Positions 61,049 to 64,000 of a stretch of 64,000 nt of DNA are shown here, one piece after another. A program made the translations under genes and the position numbers. The stretch's first letter is position 1, and every line of letters starts with the position of its first letter. The notes below the pieces were generated by a model. It saw only the letters and a list, made by a program, of their open reading frames with translations. It was not told where the DNA came from and searched no databases. Source of the stretch: Spirochaetia bacterium. Lineage in GTDB: Bacteria; Spirochaetota; Spirochaetia; SZUA-6; Bin103. The stretch is taken from contig CBDAOI010000004.1 of NCBI GenBank assembly GCA_965198005.1, forward strand, positions 96,001-160,000, written 5' to 3'.

Positions 61049-61957
61049 TTGAAGTTGCGGAAGTTGCCGAAAGCCAAGCAAGCGAGACGTCACTGGCTGG
61101 TCGATCTTTCGGTCAGACTCATCAAGACCAAGCCGCTCGGAACCGGATGCGGGATCATCGTGCTGGCCCTGATCCTGGTCAGCATTTTCGCGGATGTTCT
61201 GGCTCCCTATCCGTACGATGAGATTCGGCTGCAGGAGATACTGCAGCCACCATCCGCACAGCACCTGCTGGGCACCGATCACGTGGGACGCGACTACCTG
61301 AGCCGCATCATCCAGGGGGCACGGGTTTCGATGCTGGTCGGCCTGGCCGCCACCACCATCAACGTGGTGGTCGCCATCCTGGTGGGTGGCACCACCGGCT
61401 TCCTGGGTGGCAAGTTGGATCTGGTGGTCCAGAGATTCGTAGATGCGTGGATCGCCTTTCCGGGACTGCTCCTGCTGCTCACCCTCATGTCTGTCGCGGG
61501 CCGCGGGGTGCTGCAGATGATCCTGATCCTCGGCATCTCCGGAGGCATCGGTGCTGGCTCACGGGTCGTCAGAAGTGCTGTTATCGGTATCAAAGAGAAC
61601 GTCTATTTCGAGGCTGGAGAGGCGATCGGCGCCTCGAAGTGGCGTGCGCTCACCCGCCACGTGCTACCCAACATCGCGCCGCCTATCATCATCATCTTCA
61701 GCATCAGCATCGGCAGCTACATCCTGAGCGCGGCATCACTGAGCTTCCTCGGCTTCGGCCTGCCGCCCGACATCCCCGACTGGGGCGGGATGCTGAGCCG
61801 CGAGGGGCGCCAGTACATGGAGGCGGACCCGCGGCTGGCGCTCTGGCCGGGCCTGAGCCTGACGCTGGTCGTATACAGCTTGAACATGTTCGGCGACGCG
61901 CTGCGCGACCTGCTCGACCCGAGGTTGCGTGGCGCCGAAGGCGCCCGGTCGGTGTAG
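61049..61957 (+). CDS. ABC permease, OppC/DppC-like
   Basis: GTDHVGRDY, RHVLPNI, GDALRDLLDPR. Confidence 0.92.
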   Translation: MKLRKLPKAKQARRHWLVDLSVRLIKTKPLGTGCGIIVLALILVSIFADVLAPYPYDEIRLQEILQPPSAQHLLGTDHVGRDYLSRIIQGARVSMLVGLAATTINVVVAILVGGTTGFLGGKLDLVVQRFVDAWIAFPGLLLLLTLMSVAGRGVLQMILILGISGGIGAGSRVVRSAVIGIKENVYFEAGEAIGASKWRALTRHVLPNIAPPIIIIFSISIGSYILSAASLSFLGFGLPPDIPDWGGMLSREGRQYMEADPRLALWPGLSLTLVVYSLNMFGDALRDLLDPRLRGAEGARSV

Positions 61958-62126
61958 GAGTGCGCGGCCGCCGGCGGCGCAGGTCGCCAGATCCTAGTGA
62001 CGCTGTCGAGAAGCGCGGTCTGCGATTTCTCGTCCACGCACAACTTCAGGGTCGGCAGGACGTCCGCCAGGGTCGGTGTAGCGCGAGACGTCGGCCGGCC
62101 GGGTAAGCAGCAAGCCGCGCTTGGCG

Positions 62127-63752
62127 CTACATCCCCCAGACCGTGACCGGCACGCCAGTTCCCGCCGGGGTGCGGCGGAAGATCTTTTCCGCCCAGGATC
62201 GGTCCGGCGCGCGGTCGAACACGATCAGGTGGCCCGCCTCCGCCCCGCAACGGTCCATGTAGCCACGGGTCTGCTCCAACCCCTCGGCGATGGTCCGCTC
62301 CAACCCCTTGCGCAGCACCTTGCACTCCACCACGAAGCGCCGCTCGCGCCCGCCCTGCGGCCACACGATCAGCAGGTCGGTGCGCCCGCGCCCCAGCGCG
62401 TACTCCCGCTCGAGCCGCCCGCCGCCGTTCACGATGCGCTGCAGGTGCGCCTGCAGCAGCAACTGCGGACCAGCCTCGTGGTACTGCTCGAAGCGCTGTA
62501 CCCAGTGCTCGGAGTGCTCGCGAAAGAACTCCTGGAACGCCGCGAGCAGCCCCTCAACGTCCAGCCCGCCGTCCGCACCCACGTACCACGCCATCTGCTG
62601 CGGCAGCGTCTCCTGCACCGCGTAGTTCAGATGGCGCGGCACCACCTCGGCGTAGATCGGGTTGGCGATGCGCGGCGGGCCGTCGTCCGCCTGCGCCACC
62701 AGCCCCAGGTCGCGGACGTAGGCCAGGTCCTCGTTCGAGCACGCGGTCTCCCCCGCGCCGGTCAGAATCGGCTCCACCACGCGCCGCACGCGCTCCTCCT
62801 GCAGCTTGTGCGCCAGATCGTCGATGTGCGTGTCGCGGCGCAGGATCAGCCGCTCCTGCGCCTCCAGAATGGCATCCGCCGTGATCGGGCGCGCGCGCTC
62901 ACGTCCCGGCGGGTGGCGGAAGCAGGCGTCGTAGCACAGCGCGTTCACCAGCCACGGCTGGCCGGCGGTGCGGGTCAGGATCAACGTCTGCGCCTCCGCC
63001 GTGAACGCCTGCCCGGTCGCCGTCGTGTGCTGCGCCAGCAGTGCCCGTGTCTCGTCCTCCGAGAAGTCGCCCAGGCGCAGCGAGTCGGACTTGATGTTGA
63101 AGGCGCTGCCGCCGAGCACCAGCCGGTTCTCGGCGGTCGAGTGGATGCGGTAGTCGCGCACGTCACGCACCCCGCACAGGATGATGCTGTGCGGGAACCG
63201 TGCCGGACGGTCGATGTAGCCGGTGCGCAACTGCCGCAGCACGGCCAGCAAGGTGTCGCCCACCAGCGCGTCGATCTCATCGATCAGCAGCACCAACGGC
63301 CGCGGATCGGCCATGCTCCAGCGCGCCAGTGCCTGGCGCAGTGCGTTGCCCGACCCGACGCGCTCCAGCACCCCCGGCCAGAGGTCCTCCAGGGTGTCAT
63401 CGCCCAGCGTCAGGCTCGCCTGGAACGCCAGTTCGGCAAGCACCGTGCGCATGCCCTCGGCCACGTTCTCGCGCATCGCCTGGCCATCCTCGACGTTGGC
63501 GTACACGCAGCGGAAGTCGCCCTGCCCGCCGCCGTTCAGCAGATCGCGCAGCGCCAGCAGCGCCGAGGTCTTGCCGGTCTGTCGCGGCGCGTGCAGCACG
63601 AAGTACTTCTTGTCCCGGATCAAGCCGAGCACCGTGTCGAGATCGACCCGTTCCAGGGGCGGGATGTGGTAGTGGTCCGCGGCCACAACGGGCCCCTCCG
63701 TGTTGAACTTGCGCACGATCACCATGGTCGCAGAGTACGGCGCGGTTGTCAT
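62127..63752 (-). CDS. AAA ATPase with C-terminal PD-(D/E)XK nuclease-like domain (copy 2)
   Basis: Close paralog of 44285-45910, same length, shared flanks. Confidence 0.88.
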   Translation of the reverse strand: MTTAPYSATMVIVRKFNTEGPVVAADHYHIPPLERVDLDTVLGLIRDKKYFVLHAPRQTGKTSALLALRDLLNGGGQGDFRCVYANVEDGQAMRENVAEGMRTVLAELAFQASLTLGDDTLEDLWPGVLERVGSGNALRQALARWSMADPRPLVLLIDEIDALVGDTLLAVLRQLRTGYIDRPARFPHSIILCGVRDVRDYRIHSTAENRLVLGGSAFNIKSDSLRLGDFSEDETRALLAQHTTATGQAFTAEAQTLILTRTAGQPWLVNALCYDACFRHPPGRERARPITADAILEAQERLILRRDTHIDDLAHKLQEERVRRVVEPILTGAGETACSNEDLAYVRDLGLVAQADDGPPRIANPIYAEVVPRHLNYAVQETLPQQMAWYVGADGGLDVEGLLAAFQEFFREHSEHWVQRFEQYHEAGPQLLLQAHLQRIVNGGGRLEREYALGRGRTDLLIVWPQGGRERRFVVECKVLRKGLERTIAEGLEQTRGYMDRCGAEAGHLIVFDRAPDRSWAEKIFRRTPAGTGVPVTVWGM

Positions 63753-63964
63753 CCTCGCGACCGGCGCCGACGGTGAAGCGAATCAGGTCGCAGCGGACTT
63801 CATGCCTGGTGGCGGCCGTGCGGTGCGCTTGAGCCGGGAGCCGCAGATCAGCGAGCGACAACGCCGGCGTCACTGAACGTGATCTGCGGGCACTCAAGGG
63901 CATGACCGACACGGCATCGACCGGCACAAAGCCGAGGAAGTTAGTCTGGCGAGGCGTCTTAGTC

Positions 63965-64000
63965 CCAGATCGTCGATATGCGTGTCGCGGCGCAGGATCA
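63965..64000 (-). pseudogene. Start of a further AAA/PD-(D/E)XK fragment
   Basis: CCAGATCGTCGATATGCGTGTCGCGGCGCAGGATCA equals 44971-45006. Confidence 0.65.

Overview
High-GC bacterial window with two parts. (1) 1-11655, minus strand: citrate synthase followed directly by a class I DISARM-like defence operon (drmD-like SNF2 helicase, then a drmMI-like N6-adenine methyltransferase running off the window edge). Two diverged, translationally coupled ABC-ATPase + PIN-nuclease gene pairs sit between helicase and methyltransferase. (2) 11940-64000: a highly plastic island of family-5 (Opp/Dpp-type) ABC cassettes (solute-binding protein [SBP] + two permeases, never an ATPase). A ~7.6 kb unit (SDR-SDR / Uma2 / long leader / SBP / permease / permease) is present three times, with near-identical SDR and Uma2 genes but patchily diverged SBPs. 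Further cassettes follow, some flanked by duplicated AAA/PD-(D/E)XK genes. Four SBPs have a long 5' region (about 0.6-0.8 kb) with a sigma70-like promoter, a length-variable poly-C tract and a conserved block; leader peptides and covarying hairpins lie just before the SBP starts (candidate phase-variable/RNA regulatory system). The island holds many toxin-antitoxin, HNH, Rpn and IS1634 remnants, several joined at microhomologies. No rRNA, tRNA, CRISPR array or reverse transcriptase was recognised. Family calls are from motif recognition by eye; some frameshifts and junctions could be sequencing or assembly artefacts.
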